Part shown: piece by piece, positions 12,004 through 22,900 of the stretch
Layout of the letters: every line of letters begins with the position of its first letter
Position numbering within the stretch: the stretch's first letter is position 1
Assembly (NCBI GenBank): GCA_963824385.1
Contig: CAWGPD010000004.1
Span: 192,001 to 256,000, forward strand
Length of the DNA stretch: 64,000 nucleotides
Direction of reading: 5' to 3'
DNA from: an uncultured Nitrososphaerota archaeon
Lineage (GTDB): Archaea > Thermoproteota > Nitrososphaeria > Nitrososphaerales > Nitrosopumilaceae
The notes under the pieces: generated by a model
What the model saw: the letters and a program-made list of their open reading frames with translations, nothing else
The model's database searches: none
Told to the model about the DNA's origin: nothing
Program-made: the position numbers and the translations under genes

Positions 12004-12873
12004 TTGACAGGTCAGAAAATAGATGGTATCATAGTAGCAACTCATGTTAAGGATAGAGTAAGGGCAGCCGTAAAGGAATTACAGAATGATGGAATTACTC
12101 CATGCCTTGCCACTGTATTAGTAGGCGATGATCCTGCATCTGCCATTTATGTTAGAAACAAGCAAAAAGCATGCGCCGATGTTGGAATAACAACTAAAGA
12201 CCATAAACTTCCTACAACATTTTCTCAAAAAGAAATGAATTCGTTAATTGATTTATTAAATAAAGACGACACTGTTCATGGAATTCTAGTCCAGTTACCA
12301 TTACCTAGCCAGTTAGTTGAATTTACAACAACCTCTAGAATTTCCCCATTAAAAGACGTGGATGGGCTCACACCTTACAACATTGGCCTTTTGACATCAG
12401 ATAAAGCAATCCTCAAACCTTGTACGCCCTCTGGAATTATGGAACTGTTTGAATATTACAAGATTGAACTTGAAGGAAAAGACATTGTAATAATAAACAG
12501 AAGTAATCTAGTTGGAAAACCTCTTTACAACATGTTGCTTGAAAAAAATGCCACTGTTACAACATGTCATTCCAGGACAAGAAATATCATAAAACATTGT
12601 CAGAGAGCAGATATCATAATCACAGCAGTTGGAGACAGGAAAAAATTCATTCTAACTGAAGACATGATAAAAAATGATGCAGTTGTAATTGATGTGGGCA
12701 CTGCGAGACTTGAAGGAAAACTTGTTGGAGATGTAGATTATGACGGTATTATCAAAAAGGCATCATATGTCACTCCAGTTCCAGGAGGAGTTGGCCCTAT
12801 GACCATAGCGATGCTTTTAAAAAACACCGTAACAGCTGCATCAATTAGTAAGGAATTTGTCCAACACAATTGA
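12004..12873 (+). CDS. folD: methylenetetrahydrofolate dehydrogenase/cyclohydrolase
   Basis: YVRNKQKAC, GILVQLPLP, KDVDG, PCTP, TPVPGGVGPMT; TTG start at 12004 inferred. Confidence 0.95.
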   Translation: MTGQKIDGIIVATHVKDRVRAAVKELQNDGITPCLATVLVGDDPASAIYVRNKQKACADVGITTKDHKLPTTFSQKEMNSLIDLLNKDDTVHGILVQLPLPSQLVEFTTTSRISPLKDVDGLTPYNIGLLTSDKAILKPCTPSGIMELFEYYKIELEGKDIVIINRSNLVGKPLYNMLLEKNATVTTCHSRTRNIIKHCQRADIIITAVGDRKKFILTEDMIKNDAVVIDVGTARLEGKLVGDVDYDGIIKKASYVTPVPGGVGPMTIAMLLKNTVTAASISKEFVQHN

Positions 12874-13416
12874 AAAGGCAAGGCTTCGCAAGCAACTGTT
12901 AGATGCACGGGATGATCTCTCACTTGATTTTATAAAAATTGCAAGTAACAGAATTCGTGATAATTTAAGAAAGATCGACTTTTACAGAAAAGCTGCTTCA
13001 ATTGGAGTATACTATTCAATAGGAAGTGAAGTCCAGACATATGACCTGATACAAGAGTTTTTCAATCAGGGAAAAGAGTTTGCACTTCCAAGAGTGGACA
13101 AAAATGATCTAGTCTTTAAGAAAATTTCAAGTTTGGGAGACCTTGAGTTGGAAGCTTTGGAGTAATGGAGCCTAAGGAAAAATGTGAGACTGTAAAAAAT
13201 TTGGACGTGGTATTGGTTCCAGCAATTGCACTCACGCGTGAAGGATACAGATTAGGATATGGTTTTGGGTTTTATGACAGATATCTACACGGGGAAAAAT
13301 CAAAAAAGATTGGTATGACATATGCAAAACAAGTGCTTAGAACATTTCCTCATGACGACCATGATGTAAAGATGGATTGTGTCGTAACAGAAGATGCAGT
13401 TATTTACGTAAAGTAA
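12857..13416 (+). CDS. 5-formyltetrahydrofolate cyclo-ligase; frameshift near 13151
   Basis: KARLRKQL, SEVQT, LVPAIA...GYRLGYGFGFYDRYL, HDVKMD. Confidence 0.9.
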
Positions 13417-13442
13417 AAAGGGAAAGATCAGTATTCTAGGTT

Positions 13443-16400
13443 TTAGAGCTTTTGAAATAGTGATTTCAATAATGAAACTAGTTGATTGAGGTCTTGGCTG
13501 ATTATGGCTGAGGGGTTTGACGACGATTGTTGTTTAGCGTTTCCGCTTGTTTGACTTGAGTGGGTGTGGTTTTAGAAGTTGGTTGAGTTGTAGACGGAGT
13601 TGATGGGGTTGTTGTAGACGGAGTTGATGGGGTTGTTGTAGACGGAGTTGATGGGGTTGTTGTAGACGGAGTTGATGGGGTTGTTGTAGACGGAGTTGAT
13701 GGGGTTGTTGTAGACGGAGTTGATGGGGTTGTTGTAGACGGAGTTGATGGGGTTGTTGTAGACGGAGTTGATGGGGTTGTTGTAGACGGAGTTGATGGGG
13801 TTGTTGTAGACGGAGTTGATGGGGTTGTTGTAGTATTTACTGTCAAGGTTGATGTCGCCGTACTTGCTAAATGAGTTGAGTCACCTGCATAAGTTGCAGT
13901 TATTGTGATACTATTAGTAGGATTAGCAGGTGGAATATATGCAAGAGCACATGCGTTATTTACCAATATACAGGAAGATGGACTAAAAGAACCACCTGCT
14001 CCATTATCAGTCCACGTTACTAATCCTGCCATAGTTGAAGATGGATTTGGTGTATCTGTAATTGTCACAGTAAATGAGATTGAAGTTCCACCAGAAAATG
14101 TGGCAGGATTTGGCGTGATGGTTGAAGTCGTTGGATCAACGGTGGCTGAAGACAATGTGGATGTACCTGTGCTAGCCTGATGTGTTGGATCGCCGCTATA
14201 ACTTGCAGTTATGGTTATTGCGTTTGGAGGATTTCCAGAAGGAGTATACGTGACAGTACATGAGCCTGAGGAGGATAGGGAGCAGGAAGATGGACTAAAT
14301 GTTCCTCCTCCAATTCCATCACTCCATGATACAGAACTAATCGGTGTGGTGGGGGAACTAGAAGTATCAGCAACTGTTGCTGTAAATGTCACAGTTCCAC
14401 CAAGAGCCACTGTTCCAGGATTTGGTGTAACAGATAAAGTTGTAGTATCAAGTGTGCTTACGGTTAGATTTGATGTTCCAGAACTTGTTTGGTGTGTAGT
14501 ATCTCCACCATAGGTTGCGGTAATTGTTACAGAGTTTGGAGATGTGGTAGACGGAGTGTATGATGTGGTGCATGTACCAGATGCTAGTGTGCAGGAAGAT
14601 GAACTAAATGCACCACCAACGTTACCATCACCCCAAGTTATAGTACCTGTTGGAGTCGTAGGCGAACTGGATGTATCAGCAACTGTTACAGTAAATGTGA
14701 GTGGTGTACCTGATACATATGATGCAGGGTTTGGAGTTACTGTAACTGATGTAGAGGAGAGTAAACTTGATGTCAAGATGGATGTTCCTGAATTTGCAGT
14801 ATGTCCAGTATCACCAGCATAACTTGCAGTAATAGTAATAGGATTTTGTACGCTAGATGATGCGGTATATGTTACGTTACATGTACCTGATGACAAAGTG
14901 CATGAAGTAGAGCTAAACGTACCACCAACGTTACCATCATTCAAAGTTATTGCTCCTGTTGGAGTATTTTGAGAGTTTGTCGGATCAGTAACCATTGCAG
15001 TAACTGTCACTTGTCCTCCTGAAGATATGGTTGGTGATGATAAGGTTACAGTTACTAATGCGGTGTCTTGAGTGCGTAATAAGTTGGATGTTCCAGAACT
15101 TGTTTGGTGTGTAGTATCTCCGCCATAACTTGCAGTAATCGTTACAGAGTTTGGAGCACTTGCAGCTGGAGTGTATGATGTGGTACATGTGTTTGCTGAC
15201 AAGGTGCATGTTGATGAGCTAAATGTACCACCTGCACCTCCATCACTCCAAGATACTTGTCCGCTCGGTGTTGTAGGTGTACTAGAGGTATCAGTAACTG
15301 TTACAGTAAATGCAATGGCAGTTCCAGATACAAAGGGTGATGAATTGGGAGTTATGACAACTGATGTGGTATCCAACGGGGCGATTGCAAGTGAAAACGT
15401 CCCAGAACTTATCTTATGAGCGGCATCCCCCCCATAACTTGCAGTAATTGTTATAGAGGTCGGAGAAGTGGTAGATGCGGTGTAGGTTGCAGTACATGCA
15501 CCCAATGACAAGTTACAGGTAGGCGGGTTAAAGTTTCCACCAACAAGTCCATCATTCCAAGTTATTGTCCCTGTCGGTGTCGTCGGTGAACTTGATGTAT
15601 CAGCAACTGTTGCTGTCACTGTAACCGAGCCTCCGGAGGATGTAGAGGATGTGGATGAGGTTACCGCTACTGATGTAGTATCTTGTGCACCGGATAATGA
15701 CAATGTTGCAAAACTTGCTTGGTGTGTGGTATCTCCACCATAACTTGCAGTAATCGTTATAGAATTAGAAGCGCTTGCAGCTGGAGTGTATGATGTGGTA
15801 CATGTGTTTGCTGACAAGGTGCATGTTGGAGGATTAAAAGAACCTCCAGCATTTGCGTCATTCCAAGTCACTGTTCCTGTAGATGGAGTAGAAGAACTAG
15901 AGGTGTCATTAACTGTCACAGAAAATGTAAGTGCAGTTCCTGCCACGTAGGATGCAGTATTTGGAGTTACTTTAACGGATGTAGTGTGAGGGGTATTGGC
16001 AGTAGTATTTACCGATAGGCTTGATGTTCCAGAACTTGTTTGGTGTGTAGTATCTCCACCATAACTTGCAGTAATCGTTACAGAGTTTGGAGAAGTGTTA
16101 GATGTAGTATACGTCACATTACAAGTACCAGATGATAAATTACAAGAAGATGAACTAAAGGTACCACCTGTGGATCCAGCACTCCAAGTTATTGTCCCTG
16201 TTGGAGTTGTAGGCGAATTTGAGGTATCTTTCACTGTTGCAGTAAGTATTACTGAACCTCCAGCCGTGATACTAGTTGGACTTCCAGTCACTGTGAGAGA
16301 CGTAGCATCGGGGGAAGTAGCAGATGTATTGTTCCCCCCACTTGTGCTGTTACCGGTTGCCATTGCCTGAGAAACAAGCATACCATTTGAAAATAATGAA

Positions 16401-16447
16401 GAGAATAGTACAATTGTAAATAGAAATATGATGAGAATGCTTTTCAT
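13443..16447 (-). CDS. large secreted S/T-rich surface protein with 8 Ig-like repeats, PT-rich stalk and amphipathic C-terminal tail; frameshift near 13555
   Basis: Signal peptide; 8 copies of CxLxxxxC...ITA(S/T)YxGDxxH; corrected frame ends ..PSAIISQDLNQLVSLLKSLFQKL* at 13443. Confidence 0.85.
13587..13826. repeat. perfect 24-bp tandem repeat x10 (GTTGTAGACGGAGTTGATGGGGTT) encoding (TTTPSTPS)10
   Basis: Ten identical head-to-tail units with no spacers. Confidence 0.97.
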
Positions 16448-16736
16448 ACCTCACCTAACATTTGAAAATATCCACTACGATCAGTTTCCACGTGAAATAT
16501 CACTAAAAAATACGTTTGGGAGGTATAAACCATTATGGATCTTTGTTCACTAACATTGTTAACTAATAATGTTTGAGAAACGCTATATCTCAAGCTAAAT
16601 AACATTAGTCATGTGGGCATTTTTTGATACCAGTGCATTTTCCACAAGATGTTATCGCCAATTCCCCAATAAGCAATAGATAATCCATGCACTGGCCCCA
16701 CAAAGATATTTAGTCTCCTGACTCGTAAAATTCAAT

Positions 16737-17069
16737 ATGTCACTGAGTAAAAAATTTGGATTTTTCACTAGTTTGTTGCCAAAAAAAATTGGAAAATTTG
16801 ACAAGAAATCAATCATAGGACTAATTCTACTACTATCACCATACATTGTAGGTATCATAACTCGTCAATCTGCCTCCATTGATAACACACTCCCAAAAAG
16901 ATTCCCCGCATGTGACAGTTTTATTCATGGGCTTTGCATCCCTACAATGTACATTCCAGTACCTTTAGGAGTCGGTTTTCTTGTGATTAACTTGACATCA
17001 GTTCTTTTGAGCGCGTCATTATTCTTCACCGGTTATTTCATAGTAAAGAAAAAAACAGTTTCAAAGTAA
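16737..17069 (+). CDS. hypothetical membrane protein
   Basis: 110-aa ORF with two hydrophobic segments flanking a Cys pair. Confidence 0.55.
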   Translation: MSLSKKFGFFTSLLPKKIGKFDKKSIIGLILLLSPYIVGIITRQSASIDNTLPKRFPACDSFIHGLCIPTMYIPVPLGVGFLVINLTSVLLSASLFFTGYFIVKKKTVSK

Positions 17070-17130
17070 ATGTCATTACAGTAGTCATTTAGTTTCTAAA
17101 ATCATATTTTAAAAATAAGACATTCTATTT

Positions 17131-18396
17131 TTATTTATATGATACAAGGCCTTTTTTGCCAATATCTGTTCTACAATATTTAGAAGGCCATGTGATAGCA
17201 TCCACTCTGGCATACGCATTTTTTATTGCGTCTTCTAGTGTATCTCCAGTTGCAGTAACTCCCAACACCCTTCCACCACTTGTCAAGACCTTACCATTTA
17301 CTTTTCTTGTACCAGAATGAAAGACCTGTGAGTTAGGAGTTGCAGTATCAAGTCCCAGTATCTCTTCATCTTTTGAATATGATTCAGGATATCCTTTAGA
17401 TGCCAAGACAACACATACCGCACTTTGTTTCTTCCAGGAAATTTGTGGTAGTAAAGATAGAGTTCCATCAATGGTTGCTTGAATATAATCAAACAAGTCA
17501 GATTCCATGCGCATCATTATTGGCTGACATTCCGGGTCGCCCATTCTTGCATTAAACTCCAAGACATATGGCTTGCCATCTTTTAACATTATTCCAGCAT
17601 ACAAAAATCCCTTGAATACAATTCCCTCTTTTTTCATTGATGAAATTGTTTTTTCTATAACATTTTTTTGAATCTCCTTTGCAGTTGAATCGTCAATTAC
17701 AGGAGTTGGAGAATACGTTCCCATCCCACCAGTGTTTAGCCCCTTGTCATCATCATAGATTCTTTTATGATCTTGGCTTGTTGCCATTGGGTATGCGACA
17801 TTTCCATCAGATATTGCAATAAAGGATGCCTCTATTCCATCAATTCTCTCTTCTAGAATAATTCTAGAGCCAGCATTGCCAAAAATTTTCTCAACTAATA
17901 TCTTGTTTATGGCATCAATTGTTTCAGAAGAATTATTGCAGACAATAACTCCTTTCCCTGCAGCAAGCCCATCGGCTTTAACAACTAATGGGTAATCTAC
18001 AGACTTGGCAAATTCAATTGCTTTTTTTGAGTCGTCAAAGACTTCAAACCTTGCAGTCAAGATACCATTTCTTTTCATAAAATTTTTGGCCCAGATCTTG
18101 CTTGATTCTAACTGTGCAGCATTTTTTGTAGGACCAAATATTAAAAGACCTTTTTTTGTAAACTCGTCAACTATGCCCATAGACAATGGAACTTCTGGAC
18201 CTACAACTGTTACACAGTTGTTCTCTTTAGCAAATTTGGTAAGACCTTCAATATCATCCGATGAAACATCCACATTGTTTTGAGTGCCACCATTTCCAGG
18301 GGCAAAGTAAATTTCATCCACTTTATTACTCTGCATAAGCTTCCAGCCCATAGCATGCTCTCTTCCACCAGAGCCTACAACTAGAACATTGACCAA
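17131..18396 (-). CDS. purD: phosphoribosylamine-glycine ligase
   Basis: GSGGREHA, KADGLAAGKGV, QDHKR...NTGGMG, EFNARMGDPE. Confidence 0.97.
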   Translation of the reverse strand: MVNVLVVGSGGREHAMGWKLMQSNKVDEIYFAPGNGGTQNNVDVSSDDIEGLTKFAKENNCVTVVGPEVPLSMGIVDEFTKKGLLIFGPTKNAAQLESSKIWAKNFMKRNGILTARFEVFDDSKKAIEFAKSVDYPLVVKADGLAAGKGVIVCNNSSETIDAINKILVEKIFGNAGSRIILEERIDGIEASFIAISDGNVAYPMATSQDHKRIYDDDKGLNTGGMGTYSPTPVIDDSTAKEIQKNVIEKTISSMKKEGIVFKGFLYAGIMLKDGKPYVLEFNARMGDPECQPIMMRMESDLFDYIQATIDGTLSLLPQISWKKQSAVCVVLASKGYPESYSKDEEILGLDTATPNSQVFHSGTRKVNGKVLTSGGRVLGVTATGDTLEDAIKNAYARVDAITWPSKYCRTDIGKKGLVSYK

Positions 18397-18478
18397 TGCT
18401 TTCGGCTTTGATTATGAGGTATATAATCCAAGATTGAATTTAGTAATATTGATTAAAGCACTGATTGGATGTACTTTA

Positions 18479-18778
18479 TTGATTAAAGTAGATACAACAA
18501 AAGCTGTTTATCTTTTCACACATGGTAGAAGAGATTTAGAACAAGCCGCAACAGATGCACTTGTTGCAAACGGTTTTGCAAAAGACAAGATTTCATCTGC
18601 AAGACCTGATGCTGTAGGAAATATTGGTGACTACATGGCAATGCTTTGGATGCCACCAACTCCTGACCATATTAAAATCCAAAAAATAACAAAGGTAGAA
18701 GAAGTAAAACCAGAAGGCATGATTGGATTATGGAAAGGAGTATCAAAAGAAGATGTATTTACAATACCTCTAAAGTAA
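18479..18778 (+). CDS. conserved hypothetical protein
   Basis: Compact ORF divergent from purD; TTG start inferred. Confidence 0.65.
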   Translation: MIKVDTTKAVYLFTHGRRDLEQAATDALVANGFAKDKISSARPDAVGNIGDYMAMLWMPPTPDHIKIQKITKVEEVKPEGMIGLWKGVSKEDVFTIPLK

Positions 18779-18825
18779 ATCACAAATAATTTTTATTCTC
18801 AATCAAGATTAAGATTGTATATTTT

Positions 18826-19128
18826 CTAAACAAGATCTTGTACCAGTGCCAAAATAAAACTCTCAAACTCGGAATCTTGAAATTTTACCACCTCAATTTT
18901 GTCTTGTTCAATTGCAGTCTTGACTGCACTTAGGTGATAGCATTGCCTTCCCTTTTCCATTGCATTATAGAAATAATCTTCACATGAGCAATATCCTAGA
19001 TTCAAGTCAAGCCAATGCTCATTTTCTTTTCCTACTACAGTCCAGATCTTTCTGTTGCTTGGCTCAAACAGGTGTAATTTTACACCGTTAGACGATATGA
19101 TAGACTCTACATTACCAGTCTCTTTCAC
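18826..19128 (-). CDS. SWIM zinc-finger protein
   Basis: CSCEDY...CYH SWIM motif. Confidence 0.8.
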   Translation of the reverse strand: MKETGNVESIISSNGVKLHLFEPSNRKIWTVVGKENEHWLDLNLGYCSCEDYFYNAMEKGRQCYHLSAVKTAIEQDKIEVVKFQDSEFESFILALVQDLV

Positions 19129-19163
19129 AAGAATTTAATTGAAAAAAGACACGTATATCTTAA

Positions 19164-19910
19164 ATGGTAAAGACCAGAATCATCCCTTCACAACCAGCCT
19201 TAATTTTAGAAGATGTTCAGAAGTTTCTGGTTGTAACTGATTTACACATAGGGTTTGAGCTTGGCATGATCTCAAATGATATCAATGTAAGACCAGAGGA
19301 GATGATTCAAGAGATACATTCCAGTCTCGATTCATTGATTGAATCTGAAAAGCCTGATACGCTAGTTCTCCTGGGAGATGTAAAATCAGGAATAGAGTCA
19401 ATCTCAAATATAGAGTGGCAGACAGTACCAATGTTTTTTGAGATTGGAAAAAAAATCAACACCATAGTAATACCAGGAAATCATGATGGTAACCTGTCCC
19501 GTCTAGTTCCAGATTATGTTACCATGACAGGACCATCAGGTCTAGTCATAGGAGATACATTGTTGACACATGGTCATGTAATGCCATCTGAGAATTTCTC
19601 TCAGATAAATAGAATTGTAATGGGTCATCTCCATCCGGTATATTTTCAAGAAGGCTCTGTCTTGGACGGACAACGATTATGGGTATCAATCAAGGCAGAC
19701 AAGAGCAAAATATTTCCGTCAAGTAAAGGCGAGATCGAGATAATCATCGTTCCCTCTTTTAACAAGTATTTTTATGCCACAACTAAAAGATATCACAGAA
19801 AATCAATCTCTCCAATACTTGAGAGAATAAAAGATCTTTACTCTGCAAAGATTGTGACACTTGATGGAACCATAATTGGGGACGAATCAATACTAAAAAA
19901 TGTAATTTGA
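19164..19910 (+). CDS. calcineurin-like metallophosphoesterase
   Basis: DLHIG, LLGDVK, GNHDG, THGH, MGHLHP motifs. Confidence 0.85.
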   Translation: MVKTRIIPSQPALILEDVQKFLVVTDLHIGFELGMISNDINVRPEEMIQEIHSSLDSLIESEKPDTLVLLGDVKSGIESISNIEWQTVPMFFEIGKKINTIVIPGNHDGNLSRLVPDYVTMTGPSGLVIGDTLLTHGHVMPSENFSQINRIVMGHLHPVYFQEGSVLDGQRLWVSIKADKSKIFPSSKGEIEIIIVPSFNKYFYATTKRYHRKSISPILERIKDLYSAKIVTLDGTIIGDESILKNVI

Positions 19911-19913
19911 TAT

Positions 19914-22900
19914 CTAGTCTATTTTTTCATATGATTCTAATGGTTTTTTTGTAGTTTCATTATGCTTTAACCACTCCAAAGTCTTTGCAAAAGAATCTGC
20001 AAGTTCTGTAGTTATCAATACAGGAATTCCAAGCTCTACTGCCTTTCTTCTAATTTGATATTCATCATAAAGCATGCCTACATATTTTTCAAGTGTCGAA
20101 GTACTTGGTACATTAATAATAAAATCAATTTTTCGTTCATATAATAAATCTGCAATGTTTGGCTTTCTTTCTGGTTCACTTATTTTATAGACCACTTCGA
20201 CATCCCCTATTCTTTTATCAGACAAAAATTCGGCAGTGTGTTCAGTTGCAAGTAGCTTGTATCCAAGACTTTTGAGTAAAAGCGCAGTCTGCAAGAGTTT
20301 TTCCTTGTTTTCAGAACCACCCGCACTGATAAGTACCGAGCCTTCTTTTGGAAGAGAATATCCTACAGATGTCAGACCCTTTGCAAGTGCATCATAGAAA
20401 CTCTCACCAAAGCATGCCGCCTCACCAGTTGACTGCATCTCTACACCCAATACAACATCTGCCCCCTCTAGCTGCATAAAGGAAAACTGTGGTACTTTGA
20501 TTCCATAATTATGAATTTTACGCCATCTATCTTTTGGGACATGTGGAAGAGGTTTTCCCAATACTGCCCTTGCTGCCAGGTTGATAAGATTCATCCTTAC
20601 AAATTTTGAGACAAATGGCATGGAGCGCGATGCCCTGATGTTAAGTTCTATCACATAGACCTGGTCTTGGTGAATCAAAAATTGCAGGTTAAACGGTCCT
20701 TTGATCTTAAATGCAACAGCCACTTTTTGCGTGTAATCAAGTATAGCATCAATTGCTTTATTGTTTAGAGTCCATGGAGGAATGCACATCATGGAATCAC
20801 CAGAATGCACTCCAGCGCCTTCTATGTGTTCAATTACTGCGCCAATCACAACATGTTCTCCATCTCCCACACCATCAACTTCGGCTTCAAGGGAATTTAG
20901 CATAAATTTTGTAATAACTACTGGATAGTCTGGTGAAACATTGGTTGCTTCTTGAAGATATTTTTTAAGCTGAGTTTCAGACCAGACAACTTTCATTGCA
21001 GCCCCACTTAGTACATAGGACGGTCTGACAAGAACAGGATATCCAACTTTGACTGCAAATTTTTTGGCATCAACAAGACTTGAAAATGCCTGCCATGGAG
21101 GCTGTCGGATATTTAGATCATCAAGTACCTTGCTAAAGGTAGAACGATTTTCCGCTCTATCAATATCTTCAAACGATGTTCCAATAATTTTAATTCCATT
21201 TTGTGCAAGTTTGGGGGTTAGATTATTTGCAGTCTGTCCTCCGACAGCAGTAACAATGCCGTCTAGCTTTTCAAATTCTGCAATATCCAAAACCCGCTCC
21301 AGTGTAAGTTCTTCAAAGTATAACCTATCACATATATCATAATCAGTTGATACTGTCTCTGGATTACAATTAATCACAGATACTTCTTTTACACCATTTT
21401 CTTTTAATCCCCAGACCATGTTTACTGTTCCCCAGTCAAACTCTACACTACTACCTATCCTGTAAGGACCAGCACCAAGTACTGCAATTTTTTGAGAGTC
21501 TGATGTTATCTCAAAGTCGCTAGTCTTTCCACCATATGTCAGATATAGATAGTTGGTCTTGGCAGGCCACTCTGCTGCAAGTGTATCAATTCGTTTTATT
21601 ACGGGTAAAATTCCCTCTTTTTTCCTTATTTTTCTAATCTCGAGGTCGTCTTTTCCAGCAAGCCTTCCAATTTGTTTGTCAGAAAAGCCTAAAATTTTTG
21701 CCTCGTGAAGTACTTCTTTTTCAAGTTTAGACTCTTTGATTCTTTTTTCAGAATTTACTATATTTTGAATTTTTTCTATAAACCACGGGTCAATTGCAGA
21801 TAACTTGTAAATACGCTCAACAGACATCTCTTGTCTTAGTGCCTCTGCCACATAGTACAAGATACGGTCATCAGCATGTTGTAGTTTGTTTTCAATCTCT
21901 TCAATATCGTATTTTTTATCCCCATTACGATTTGCAACTAGACCATCGTTTCCAATTTCAAGCATACGTATTGATTTTTGTAATGATTCTTCAAAGCATC
22001 TTCCAATAGCCATGACCTCACCTACTGATTTCATGGTAGGACCCAAGTTACGATTAGCAAGTTCAAACTTGCCAAAGTCCCATCTAGGATGTTTGCATAC
22101 AATATAATCTAAAGAGGGTTCAAAACATGCAGTTGTAGTTTTGGTGATGCGATTTACAAGTTCTGGTAAAGTATAACCCATTACAATTTTGGCTGCCATG
22201 TATGCAATAGGATATCCAGTGGCTTTACTTGCAAGAGCTGATGAGCGAGAAAGTCGTGGGTTCATCTCAATTGCAACATACGTGTCAGAATTTGGATCTA
22301 GTGCAAACTGGACATTGCATTCTCCAACAATTCCCACATGTTTTGCCGCACGTAATGCCGCAGAACGTAACAATTGATATTCATAATTGTCAAGTGTCTG
22401 CGATGGCGCAACTACAATATTGTCTCCAGTATGTACACGCATTGACAGCACATTTTCCATGTTACAGATTATCACATTGTTTCCGGCATAGTCTGCCATT
22501 ACTTCATACTCGATTTGTTTCCAGTGACCTACATATTCTTCAATTAGGACTTGGCCGACAAGACTTGCATTAAGACCACGTGATACAATTTCATGTAATT
22601 CGATTTCATTATGTGCAACACCACCACCCTTTCCGCCCAAAGTATATGCGACTCTAACAATTACTGGATAACCCAATTCATTTGCAATTTTTTTTGCGTC
22701 CTCAAAGTTGTATACAGTCCTACTTTTAAGAACCGGTACATTGCATGCTATCATTGAATCTTTGAAGAGCTGTCTGTCTTCTGTGGCTTTAATCCCAGAC
22801 ACCTGAGTTCCAAGTACTTTGATGCCATATTTTTTCAAGATCCCAAGTTCATCTAGTTTTACTCCACAGTTGAGTGCTGTCTGACCTCCAAAGCCAAGCA

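Noticed and set aside
13587..13826. 24-bp repeats as a CRISPR array
   Set aside because: Units are head-to-tail with no spacers, lie in frame within a CDS, and no cas genes are present
13905..16370. Plus-strand Val-rich ORFs
   Set aside because: Antisense shadows of the Thr-rich surface protein
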